Assembly (NCBI GenBank): GCA_964543035.1
Contig: CAZIVL010000002.1
Span: 150,948 to 214,947 of the forward strand
Reading direction: 5' to 3'
DNA: 64,000 nt
Source of the DNA: an uncultured Gammaproteobacteria bacterium
GTDB lineage: Bacteria; Patescibacteriota; Microgenomatia; CAZETR01; Amesbacteraceae
The translations under genes were made by a program, and so were the position numbers. Position 1 is the first letter of the stretch. Each line of letters starts with the position of its first letter. This document shows positions 28,975-37,546 of the stretch, one piece after another. Below the pieces are notes generated by a model. It saw nothing but the letters and a program-made list of their open reading frames with translations. It was not told the DNA's origin and ran no database searches.

Positions 28975-30470
28975 AGAAGTGGATATCTGTATCTATAATT
29001 TTGGCGGTTGTGGGACTGGCTGATTCTGCTTATCTAACTTGGGAACACTATCAGGAAGTAACTCCACCTTGTACAACAGGATTTTCATTTGTGGACTGTG
29101 GTGTGGTACTTCGAAGTAAATACGCTGAAATTGGGGGAGTGCCACTGGCTGGACTGGGAATGCTGCATTACGGAATGTTGGTCCTGGTACTTTTGACTTC
29201 TATCAAATATAGACAGGCCAGGTATCTGGCAGTATTGATGAGCGTGTCGGGACTTTTTGCCTCGGCATATTTTGTGTATTTGCAGTTATTTGTGATTCGG
29301 GCGATCTGTCTGTACTGCATGGTGTCTGCAATAGACAGTCTAATCCTGTTTGGAATTATATGGAGGTATTTTTCATATGAGAGGAAAGAGATGTTTGTAT
29401 CGGTGAGCGGGTGGGTATATAGAAATGTATTGAAACCATTTTTTTTTGCAATAGATCCTGAAGTAGTACATGTGAACATGGTGGGAGCAGGGGAGATGAT
29501 GAGCAAACTGCCAGGATATAAAACAACCGTCAATTATTTTTTGGGAGGTAAAAGCGATATGTTGAATCAGAAATTGATGGGGATAGATTTCGGATTGCCA
29601 GTAGGACTCGCGGCAGGATTTGACTATGAAGCTAGGCTTACGAAAGCTTTGTCTCCATTGGGTTTTGGATTTCAGAGTGTGGGGACGATTACACTAGAGC
29701 CCTGGGCAGGCAACGACAGGCCGAGACTCGGAAGACTACCTAAATCAAAGTCACTTATGGTGAACAAAGGATTTAAGAATCCGGGAAGTGATGTGGTGAT
29801 CTCTCGGATTGGAGGAAAAAATTTTGATGTTCCGGTGGGGATATCGATAGGAGACGCGCTGGGGAGTGTGGAAAATATCTTATCAACATTTAAAAGATTT
29901 GAAAAAACTGATGTAAAGAACTCATATTACGAACTAAATATTAGTTGTCCGAATCTCCTTAAAGCTCGTGAGCTGGATCTGAAAAAGCTGTTTGCTGCGG
30001 TAGATAAGATCGGGGTCAAAAAACCTATCTGGGTCAAGATGCCTATTAATAAAACTGATAAAGAAATTTTGGCACTGCTATCCATGATTGCAAAATACAA
30101 AAGCTACAAAGCGGTCATATTTGGGAACTTACAAAAAGACAGAACTGACGTGAGTCTGAGTAAAGAAGAGGTGGCCAAGTTTTCTGTAGGAAACTTTTCT
30201 GGCAAACCGACCTATGAAAGGTCTAATCAATTAATTGAACTGGCTTATAAAAAATACGGTAAGAGGTTTGTGATTGTGGGGTGTGGGGGAATATTTAATG
30301 CAGCAGACGCTTATGAAAAAATAAAAAGAGGAGCGAGCATCGTACAAATGATTACTGGCATGATATTTGAAGGACCACAAGTGATAACCGAAATAAATTT
30401 TGGACTAGAAAAGTTACTTAAAAAAGATGGGTATACTCATGTCTCACAAGCAGTGGGGAGAAATAAATGA
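28971..30470 (+). CDS. Fusion of vitamin K epoxide reductase (VKOR) domain and dihydroorotate dehydrogenase-like FMN domain
   Basis: N-terminal PPC...DCGVVLRSKYA...CLYC (VKOR); C-terminal DPEVVH, GLAAGFD, NISCPN, SGKP, GCGGI, GASIVQ (PyrD-like); single uninterrupted ORF. Confidence 0.9.
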   Translation: MKKWISVSIILAVVGLADSAYLTWEHYQEVTPPCTTGFSFVDCGVVLRSKYAEIGGVPLAGLGMLHYGMLVLVLLTSIKYRQARYLAVLMSVSGLFASAYFVYLQLFVIRAICLYCMVSAIDSLILFGIIWRYFSYERKEMFVSVSGWVYRNVLKPFFFAIDPEVVHVNMVGAGEMMSKLPGYKTTVNYFLGGKSDMLNQKLMGIDFGLPVGLAAGFDYEARLTKALSPLGFGFQSVGTITLEPWAGNDRPRLGRLPKSKSLMVNKGFKNPGSDVVISRIGGKNFDVPVGISIGDALGSVENILSTFKRFEKTDVKNSYYELNISCPNLLKARELDLKKLFAAVDKIGVKKPIWVKMPINKTDKEILALLSMIAKYKSYKAVIFGNLQKDRTDVSLSKEEVAKFSVGNFSGKPTYERSNQLIELAYKKYGKRFVIVGCGGIFNAADAYEKIKRGASIVQMITGMIFEGPQVITEINFGLEKLLKKDGYTHVSQAVGRNK

Positions 30471-30760
30471 ATATATTTGAGCAAATATATGAGGTGGTGA
30501 AAAAAATACCCACGGGGAAGGTGATGACGTATGGACAGGTGGCAAAAGAAGTCGGGATGAAAGATGTGCGCAAAGTGGGCTGGGCCCTGCACTCAAATAA
30601 AACTCCCGAGACGATACCCTGTCACAGGGTGGTTTTTAAAGACGGATCGATGGCCCCTGGATATGCCTTCGGTGGTCCGGAAGTCCAAAAGAAAAAATTG
30701 GTGGAAGAGGATGTAATTTTTGTGGGAGATAAAGTGGATTTGGATAGGTGTGGAATTTAG
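30467..30760 (+). CDS. MGMT/alkyltransferase family protein
   Basis: IPTGKVMTYGQVA, RKVG, IPCHRV. Confidence 0.92.
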   Translation: MNIFEQIYEVVKKIPTGKVMTYGQVAKEVGMKDVRKVGWALHSNKTPETIPCHRVVFKDGSMAPGYAFGGPEVQKKKLVEEDVIFVGDKVDLDRCGI

Positions 30761-30786
30761 CGTCAGATTGAGGTCAAGATAGCAGA

Positions 30787-31074
30787 TTGCCAATATTGTT
30801 TAATATGCGAATGGAAGTAAGATGCAGAGCCGAGAGATCGATTCATATCCAGCCGATTGATTCGGTAGATGGACCGCCTGATTTTTATAGGGTGAAACCA
30901 GGAGTAATGGTTCCTATCTTTCGTCCATTTAACGAGTATTTAGGATGTGGATACCCTGGTGACATCGAGAGTTTGGTGGCGCAGTGTGGCAGGTGTGTTG
31001 GTTTTCCTGACAGGGAATGTGATCTCAACACTCGTAATTGGGATAATCTAGAGCCTCAATCAGCTAATCAATAG
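30787..31074 (+). CDS. Small Cys-containing hypothetical protein
   Basis: 95 aa ORF with CGRC; start uncertain. Confidence 0.45.
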   Translation: MPILFNMRMEVRCRAERSIHIQPIDSVDGPPDFYRVKPGVMVPIFRPFNEYLGCGYPGDIESLVAQCGRCVGFPDRECDLNTRNWDNLEPQSANQ

Positions 31075-32064
31075 ATAGCCTTCGCCGCGTTTGGTCTGGA
31101 TGTACGAACCTGAGATGCCGGTTTGCTCCAGGTGATCCCTGAGTCTTTGCATGGCCTTTGCGATGGCCGCTAGTGAGTAAGCTTCTTCGTTGTTTCTGAA
31201 TAAGATATCACCGATCTCGTCCATGGTGGCAAAATTGGGGGATTTGGCAATCAGAAGATCTAGAAGTTCGCGCTCGCGAGAGGAGAACGTAGAGCTTGGG
31301 ATCTGGCGGATGGCGTCGATGCCAACTGCGGGCGCACCAACACTGTGAAGAAACTTGTCTGATTTTTGCATGAGAGTCGCTGACTGCTTGGTGCGAGTGG
31401 ATTTGATGGTCAATGTCTTTTTCCAGTCAGGATCGATCTTTTTTATGACATCAGCAAGCGGCGAGAAAGCAAGTAACCAGTCTACAATAATTTCTGACTC
31501 TTGCCACAAGCCGCCGAGCTGATCATAGACATCCTGGCGGGTGAGTGAGGTGAGAACGGCCTCTACAACAGAACCAATATTTTGATCTTCGCGCAGCCAC
31601 ATGATGACTGGGTCACCTGGCTGTTTGTGACGATTGAATGAGCAACCGGTACCAAAAGCCGTGGGCCAGATCTCAATCCTGGAAACTGAATCCTTTTTGT
31701 GAGGAATGAGATTATAGATTGTGTCCATAATCTCGTCTTGGTTTTTGTCCCAGACCTTTTGTAATTTGGAGAAGTCTGGCTTAGGCAGATTAGCTCTTTT
31801 GATCAATTCTTCGGTTTCGTCAACTAAGTCCTTAGGAGCAATAATAGGGAGTGTTGATAGATCAATTCGGGATGACCTTTGCCAAAATCTGGGAACTGAG
31901 AGGTATGGAAGATTTGGGATAGAAACGATGTGATCACCTAGGATCGCTGGGTAGGGTAGGGTAATAAAACCATTGACCCTAAAAAATCCAGTGGCTATCT
32001 GATGAGCGCAGTGGATCAGGCGCTCGGCCTCATGACGGGGGGAGTAGTCCCAAACAGTTTGCAT
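31060..32064 (-). CDS. Transcriptional regulator with C-terminal OmpR/PhoB-type winged helix and non-receiver N-terminal domain
   Basis: FSSRERELLDLL...AMQRLRDHL...IQTKRGEGY. Confidence 0.8.
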   Translation of the reverse strand: MQTVWDYSPRHEAERLIHCAHQIATGFFRVNGFITLPYPAILGDHIVSIPNLPYLSVPRFWQRSSRIDLSTLPIIAPKDLVDETEELIKRANLPKPDFSKLQKVWDKNQDEIMDTIYNLIPHKKDSVSRIEIWPTAFGTGCSFNRHKQPGDPVIMWLREDQNIGSVVEAVLTSLTRQDVYDQLGGLWQESEIIVDWLLAFSPLADVIKKIDPDWKKTLTIKSTRTKQSATLMQKSDKFLHSVGAPAVGIDAIRQIPSSTFSSRERELLDLLIAKSPNFATMDEIGDILFRNNEEAYSLAAIAKAMQRLRDHLEQTGISGSYIQTKRGEGYLLIS

Positions 32065-32148
32065 ATCTGATTATATCCCATAGTAAGTTGATAGGCAAAT
32101 GGTCATGTGAGGTCAAGATGTGGGAAAGAATGATGGGAAAATCGTGAT

Positions 32149-32451
32149 ATGTCTAATGAAACAAAAAAAGGGAGGCCTGGTTTTGATTACTCAGTTGGTG
32201 TCGATAATCACAATTTATTGCCTGGGGAAGTGCAGCTTGCAATTGTTGGTAAAAATAGTTATTGGGCAAGGTACGGTCAAAGAGTAGGACCAGTTTTGCA
32301 TGAAAGTGGATTTGACCCCTCGCAGGATATGATTCCCAGTGGGTATGGATGGAAGTCACTTGTAGACGAACTCAGAGCGTCTGACCTTACAAAGCCCGAT
32401 CAAAAGTATTGGATGCCTGTGTGGTACTACTTGCTTGAGGAGTGTAAATAA
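32149..32451 (+). CDS. Hypothetical protein
   Basis: 100 aa ORF divergent from the regulator. Confidence 0.55.
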   Translation: MSNETKKGRPGFDYSVGVDNHNLLPGEVQLAIVGKNSYWARYGQRVGPVLHESGFDPSQDMIPSGYGWKSLVDELRASDLTKPDQKYWMPVWYYLLEECK

Positions 32452-32496
32452 ACTGGTATAATAGGGATATTCTAATAAGAAAGGCGGAAATGACAA

Positions 32497-33642
32497 TTGG
32501 CAACAACAAAGAAGGTTCAAAGTAACAAAGGGACAAAGGTGCAGAGTAAAAGCGCCGGGGTGGTGGGTCCAACAACAATGGACGAGCTCCTGGCTGCTAA
32601 TGGCACGAAACTACATGGTTTTAAGCGCGGAGAGACAGTCACTGGAAAAGTAAAAGAAGTAACGGGTAGAACCGTATATATAGACCTGGGAGCAAAAACT
32701 GACGCTATAGTCTCACAGAAAGAATATGACCTGGCCCGGGACTATTTTCGAGCCCTCAAGGTCGGAGACGAGGTAACAGGACTGGTCCTCATGTCCGAAA
32801 ACGAATCTGGACAAGTGATCCTGTCACTACGAAGAGCTGCAACTGACAGTAAATGGAAAGCATTTGAACAAGCCATGAATGATGACACTGAGATGGTAGC
32901 TCGGGTAAAAGAAGCAACTCGGGGAGGACTATTGGTAGAAGTAGACGGGGTATTTGGATTTGTGCCATCCAGCCAGTTTGGGTCTGATCTAGATACCAAG
33001 TCGGCCACAATCGTGGGAAAAATACTGAAGGTCAAAGTCATTGAAGTGGATCGAAATCAAAACAAACTAGTGCTATCTGAAAAGGCCGTGTCTGACGCCG
33101 AAGAGATCTCCAAGAGAAAAGCAGCTTTGGGATCAGTCAAAATCGGGACTGAATACGCGGGAGTGGTCGTGGGTATGGTGCCGTTTGGGGCGTTTGTCGA
33201 GATCGAAGCAAAAGGAGTAGAAGGAAAGCTTGAGGGACTGGTGCATATCTCGGAAATCTCATGGGAGAAGATCGAGGATGTATCTAAGATCCTGAAAGAA
33301 GGCAGTAAAGTAAAAGTGCAGGTAATAGGAATCGATGAAGAAAATGGCAAGCTGGCCCTGTCTATGAAGAGACTGTCGTCTGACCCATGGTCGGTCGTGG
33401 CTGCTAAATATACTGTAGACAGTAAACATAAGGGTGTGGTGGCCAAGATCGTGCCTTATGGAGTTCTCGTCAAAATGGAAAAAGGAATCGAAGGACTAAT
33501 CCACGCCTCCAAGATGCCAGCCAATATGCCGTTTAAAGATGGAGATGAAGTAGATGTGTTTGTGGAATCTGTGGATCTGGATAAGAGACGCTTGTCTCTG
33601 GGAGTCGTGGAGACTTCTACCAAGGAAATGATATATAAGTAA
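32497..33642 (+). CDS. rpsA: Ribosomal protein S1 (4 S1 domains)
   Basis: TMDELL N-terminus; FGAFV, EGLVHISEISW, EGLIHAS repeats. Confidence 0.93.
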   Translation: MATTKKVQSNKGTKVQSKSAGVVGPTTMDELLAANGTKLHGFKRGETVTGKVKEVTGRTVYIDLGAKTDAIVSQKEYDLARDYFRALKVGDEVTGLVLMSENESGQVILSLRRAATDSKWKAFEQAMNDDTEMVARVKEATRGGLLVEVDGVFGFVPSSQFGSDLDTKSATIVGKILKVKVIEVDRNQNKLVLSEKAVSDAEEISKRKAALGSVKIGTEYAGVVVGMVPFGAFVEIEAKGVEGKLEGLVHISEISWEKIEDVSKILKEGSKVKVQVIGIDEENGKLALSMKRLSSDPWSVVAAKYTVDSKHKGVVAKIVPYGVLVKMEKGIEGLIHASKMPANMPFKDGDEVDVFVESVDLDKRRLSLGVVETSTKEMIYK

Positions 33643-33661
33643 GGTGTGGTAAAGTTTGTTC

Positions 33662-34963
33662 GTGGCGAAGAGTAGATCTCAATATGTGTGTCAGCAGTGT
33701 GGATATACCCAGAGTCAGTGGGCGGGAAAGTGTCCATCGTGTGACAACTGGAATACATTAGTAGAAACTACAACAGAGGTGCAGAGTAGCAAAGGTACAA
33801 AGATACAAAGTGGAAAAATATATAAACTCTCTGAGATCAAGACAACTGATAATAGTAGACTGAAAACTGGGGAGGGTGAACTGGATAGTGTACTGGGGGG
33901 AGGACTCGTGCCTGGAATGATAGTTTTGGTTGCGGGAGAACCGGGGATTGGGAAATCGACACTACTGACCCAGGTGGTAATGAATGTAAAGAATAGTTTG
34001 TATGTATGTGGAGAAGAGTCGGCTAGCCAAGTGGCCTTGCGGGTGCAAAGGCTCAAAGGTCCAAAGGGACAAAGTGATCTAAGACTATTTGAGAGTACGG
34101 ATGCGGATGAGATAGTAGGAAAGATTCGGGGTGAGAAGCCGGGATTGGTCGTGGTGGACTCTATCCAGACTCTGACTACCTCGGATCTGACCGGTGTTGC
34201 CGGAAGTGTGGGACAAGTGAGAGAGTCCGCTGATAGGCTCGCTGATGTAGGAAAAGAACTGGGGATACCGATTTTTTTGGTGGGTCATGTGACCAAAGAA
34301 GGGACTATCGCCGGGCCTCGGGTACTGGAGCACTTGGTGGATACAGTCATCACATTTGAGGGCGAGCGAGGGCAACCACTACGACTAATTCGGGCGGTCA
34401 AAAACAGATTTGGACCCACTGACGAAGTGGGAGTATTTGGGATGGTGGAAAGGGGACTCATTGGAATAACTGATCCATCATCCAAGCTGCTGGCTGAAAG
34501 GGTAAAAGATGTACCGGGGAGTGTAGTCTCGGTCGTTCTTGAGGGCACGCGGCCACTGGTGATCGAGATCCAGGCTCTAGTCGTGAGCTCGAATTCGCCG
34601 GTACCCAGAAGGGTGGCGACGGGGATAGACTTTGCCCGGATGCAAATGCTGGTGGCAGTCCTTATGAAACGAGCTGAGCTGCACCTCGGGGATATGGACA
34701 TCTTTGTAAACGTAACCGGGGGGATAAAACTGGCTGACCGGGGAGTGGATTTGGCGATATGCCTGGCTATTGCATCTTCATTTTTAAACCGGGCATGCCC
34801 TGCGGATATTGCGGCTGTGGGGGAAGTGGGGCTACTGGGAGAAGTACGAAAGATTGGGAGCTTGGAGAGGCGAGTCAAAGAAGCCAAAAAACTGGGATAT
34901 AGAGTGGCGTCGGCTGAGTCGGGGAAGAGTGTGTCTGCTGCGATCCAGAAGCTTCTGAAGTAG
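33662..34963 (+). CDS. radA: DNA repair protein RadA/Sms
   Basis: C4 zinc finger, GEPGIGKSTL, KNRFG, GEVGLLGEVR. Confidence 0.97.
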   Translation: MAKSRSQYVCQQCGYTQSQWAGKCPSCDNWNTLVETTTEVQSSKGTKIQSGKIYKLSEIKTTDNSRLKTGEGELDSVLGGGLVPGMIVLVAGEPGIGKSTLLTQVVMNVKNSLYVCGEESASQVALRVQRLKGPKGQSDLRLFESTDADEIVGKIRGEKPGLVVVDSIQTLTTSDLTGVAGSVGQVRESADRLADVGKELGIPIFLVGHVTKEGTIAGPRVLEHLVDTVITFEGERGQPLRLIRAVKNRFGPTDEVGVFGMVERGLIGITDPSSKLLAERVKDVPGSVVSVVLEGTRPLVIEIQALVVSSNSPVPRRVATGIDFARMQMLVAVLMKRAELHLGDMDIFVNVTGGIKLADRGVDLAICLAIASSFLNRACPADIAAVGEVGLLGEVRKIGSLERRVKEAKKLGYRVASAESGKSVSAAIQKLLK

Positions 34964-34974
34964 TTGTGAACGGG

Positions 34975-35091
34975 TTATCCACCTCTTTTGTATGATGTAT
35001 AAAGTATTTAGTATCAAGTATTTTTGTTGTCAACAATTGGCTTTATATAGGATATATTATATGTATTTATTCGACTATGGGATGTGGATAA
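34975..35091. promoter_or_regulatory. Pair of oppositely oriented DnaA boxes around an AT-rich tract
   Basis: TTATCCACC (34975-34983) and TGTGGATAA (35083-35091); third box CTATCCACA near 35671. Confidence 0.6.
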
Positions 35092-35135
35092 GTTGAGTAT
35101 TGACTTAACTATGGGACTAGAATATATTTAGGGTA

Positions 35136-35279
35136 ATGTTTGGAAAACTGCTCAACATGTTTGGAACGAAGAAGACACTGAGAAGAAGAGTGGGAGTAAA
35201 GCCGATGTGGGTACGGGATCAACTTGTGCAAATGAGTAAAATGAATCAAGGAGTTATTTTGATGAATGCAGGAAGATAG
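35136..35279 (+). CDS. 47-aa basic small protein (below the ORF-track cutoff)
   Basis: TTGACT-17-TATATT-7-ATG; MFGKLLNMFGTKKTLRRRVGVKPMWVRDQLVQMSKMNQGVILMNAGR. Confidence 0.55.
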   Translation: MFGKLLNMFGTKKTLRRRVGVKPMWVRDQLVQMSKMNQGVILMNAGR

Positions 35280-35280
35280 T

Positions 35281-35490
35281 ATGTTCAATCAAAATTCCGG
35301 ATCGGCTTCCCGTGAGCGACAAACTTCATCAGATAGTTCTGCTCCGAAGACGGATCAATTGCCTGTTTTGAATCCTTTGTTTGAGGCTGTCAAATCTGTA
35401 GGAATTCTAGGCTTAGTATTTGGAGACATAGTTTTTAATGGTGGCAAACACCTCCAAGACTATGTTAATGGAAGTCATTTAGACAACTAA
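35281..35490 (+). CDS. Small hypothetical protein
   Basis: ATG 1 nt after the upstream stop; one hydrophobic segment. Confidence 0.45.
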   Translation: MFNQNSGSASRERQTSSDSSAPKTDQLPVLNPLFEAVKSVGILGLVFGDIVFNGGKHLQDYVNGSHLDN

Positions 35491-35748
35491 AAAAGAGCAT
35501 CGCCATCGCTGGATATTGAGGACCACGAGTAGCAATGCCCTTTTTGTTGAAAAACCATCTGGACAGATTAGATGATTTTCACTTGATTAAGAGTGATATC
35601 ATTTGTGAAGAACGTCTGTCAAGGAAAGATCGGGGCGCTAAAATCCATAAAATTTTAAAATTTGGCCACACTATCCACAACAAATATTTTGTGCTTAGTA
35701 TGGAGGGTGGCAGGATCGGGCAGGCCGGCCACTTTCCATAGTAAGCAT

Positions 35749-36543
35749 ATGAAAAAGTATATCGTATTTAGTATTTTGTATCTGGTGTCTTTTGGGATTT
35801 TTGCGAGGCCTGTAAATGCGGCGGTGAATTTTGGAAGTGGGACCTATACAAACTTGTGTGGAACCGGAACGGCTGCTACTGCTTACCGTTGTGAAGCTAG
35901 GTGTAACACCACGACCGGAATCTGTGAGAGTGAAAACAATGGAGTAGTGAGATGGCTGTGTCCGGGTAGGTGGGAGCAGTGTCTGGAACAAGAAAGTAAT
36001 TTTTCGAATAGGGCATCTTTGGACAATGTGGCTTGTGGTAAGACGGTGCAAATTTCGGTGTTTGATAAAAAATGCCGATTGGAAGATGGAGCTTGGGATA
36101 CGAGCTGTGAACTAAAGGGATATATGGTGTGGTACTCGGGAGACTGTAGAGTGGGATCTACTACACCGACTGTAATGCCAACACCAACTCCTCGAGGATT
36201 TCCATTTAATCTGTTGCCATCGGCTACACCTAGGCCTACGACGCCAGTAACTCCAACAGTGACGCCTAAAGCTGGGTCTGTCAGTGGAAACATATGTGGA
36301 AGTACGTGTGGTCCGAGCAAGCTGTGTAGTGTAGGGTTTGTGTGCGATGCAGGAGTGTGTCGCAATCCATCTTGTATGGATGACACGACCTGTTTTTGTG
36401 CTGGGGGATCATCCTCGACTGGTTCGGGAAATGTAAATACAACGCCTGAGACTGGGGCTGATAAATGGGTCTATCTGTTGGGCTTTTCTGGTCTTATGAT
36501 ACTAGGGTGGAGGATGATTGTTCGTGCAAGGCATATTGTATAA
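35749..36543 (+). CDS. Cys-rich secreted protein with LPxTG-like sorting signal (TPETG)
   Basis: Signal peptide ending VNA; Cys-rich domains; PT linker; TPETG + TM + basic tail. Confidence 0.8.
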   Translation: MKKYIVFSILYLVSFGIFARPVNAAVNFGSGTYTNLCGTGTAATAYRCEARCNTTTGICESENNGVVRWLCPGRWEQCLEQESNFSNRASLDNVACGKTVQISVFDKKCRLEDGAWDTSCELKGYMVWYSGDCRVGSTTPTVMPTPTPRGFPFNLLPSATPRPTTPVTPTVTPKAGSVSGNICGSTCGPSKLCSVGFVCDAGVCRNPSCMDDTTCFCAGGSSSTGSGNVNTTPETGADKWVYLLGFSGLMILGWRMIVRARHIV

Positions 36544-37201
36544 AACAGGAGATTCGGCAGGAGAGCTGGATTTTTCTAAGCTTTTGAAATATTTACGGAT
36601 TTTGGCGCGCGGAATGAAAATTGTGGGCAAGGTATTTGTTTTGGTTGGCGTAGTGGGAATCGTATATGTGTATGGACCACTGGCTCGAGAGGAAGTGAAG
36701 TATGTAGCCAAGCCTAAAGTGCAATCTGAATTGAAGACCGCAGTATCGCCGAGGGAAGAGAAAAAAAATACTGCTGAATACGTGATAAAAATCCCTAAGA
36801 TTGGGGCAGAGTCGGTCGTAATTCCTGATGTGGATGCTTTTGACAAAAAGGCGTATTCAACGGCTCTTAAATTGGGTGTAGCAGAAGCAAAAGGTCTCTC
36901 CCATCCAGGAGAACTGGGGACGACGTTTCTCTTTGCCCATTCGGTGGGGTCGAGAGTGGATTTTGCCAGGTATAACGCGGTTTTTTACTTGTTAGATAAA
37001 CTGGAATCAGGGGATAGGATAGAAGTGATGTACAAAAATAATCTGTTGACTTATGAAGTGGTGGGGAGGGAGATACTTTTCGCCTCGGACTTGCAATACC
37101 TGGTACCACAACAACTGGTCGAGAGGTTGGTGCTGCAAACCTGCTATCCCCCTGGGACGACTTGGAAAAGACTTGTAGTAATTGCAAAGAGAAGGATGTG
37201 A
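36518..37201 (+). CDS. Sortase
   Basis: IPKIG, FAHS, LDKLESGD, LQTCYPPG..KR catalytic H/C/R. Confidence 0.92.
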   Translation: MFVQGILYKTGDSAGELDFSKLLKYLRILARGMKIVGKVFVLVGVVGIVYVYGPLAREEVKYVAKPKVQSELKTAVSPREEKKNTAEYVIKIPKIGAESVVIPDVDAFDKKAYSTALKLGVAEAKGLSHPGELGTTFLFAHSVGSRVDFARYNAVFYLLDKLESGDRIEVMYKNNLLTYEVVGREILFASDLQYLVPQQLVERLVLQTCYPPGTTWKRLVVIAKRRM

Positions 37202-37213
37202 TAACCTTTAAAA

Positions 37214-37453
37214 GTGAGTGTAAAGAAACAAAATTTTTTACCTAAATCTGGTTTGTCAGATCGGGAGCTGCATGTTTTTCTTTCGACGTTGTTTTTTCGG
37301 GATGCAAATGAACTGTTGGCGACTAGGGTGGTGGAAAGGGCAATGGGGGGCAAAGAGAAGGATGGGAGAATTCTGGTGGAACGAGCGAGAAGAAAGAATC
37401 TGGTGGCTACGACGTTGTTAAATTTGGCTGTAGAAGGGGTAACCTTTGAATAG
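37214..37453 (+). CDS. Hypothetical protein
   Basis: 79 aa ORF; possible -10 just upstream of GTG. Confidence 0.5.
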   Translation: MSVKKQNFLPKSGLSDRELHVFLSTLFFRDANELLATRVVERAMGGKEKDGRILVERARRKNLVATTLLNLAVEGVTFE

Positions 37454-37482
37454 TTGACAGGGGATTTCGGGGTGATATACTT
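37454..37482 (+). promoter_or_regulatory. sigma70 promoter of rho
   Basis: TTGACA-17-TATACT. Confidence 0.75.
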
Positions 37483-37546
37483 GCCAACAGTTCGATCTTC
37501 CCCCTGGAGTTACGAAAGCATGACCTCGAAACAAATTTCTTGATAT

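Noticed and set aside
34975-35135. Replication origin oriC
   Set aside because: Only 2-3 boxes, no dnaA/dnaN nearby, and no skew switch visible by eye; kept only as a regulatory site.
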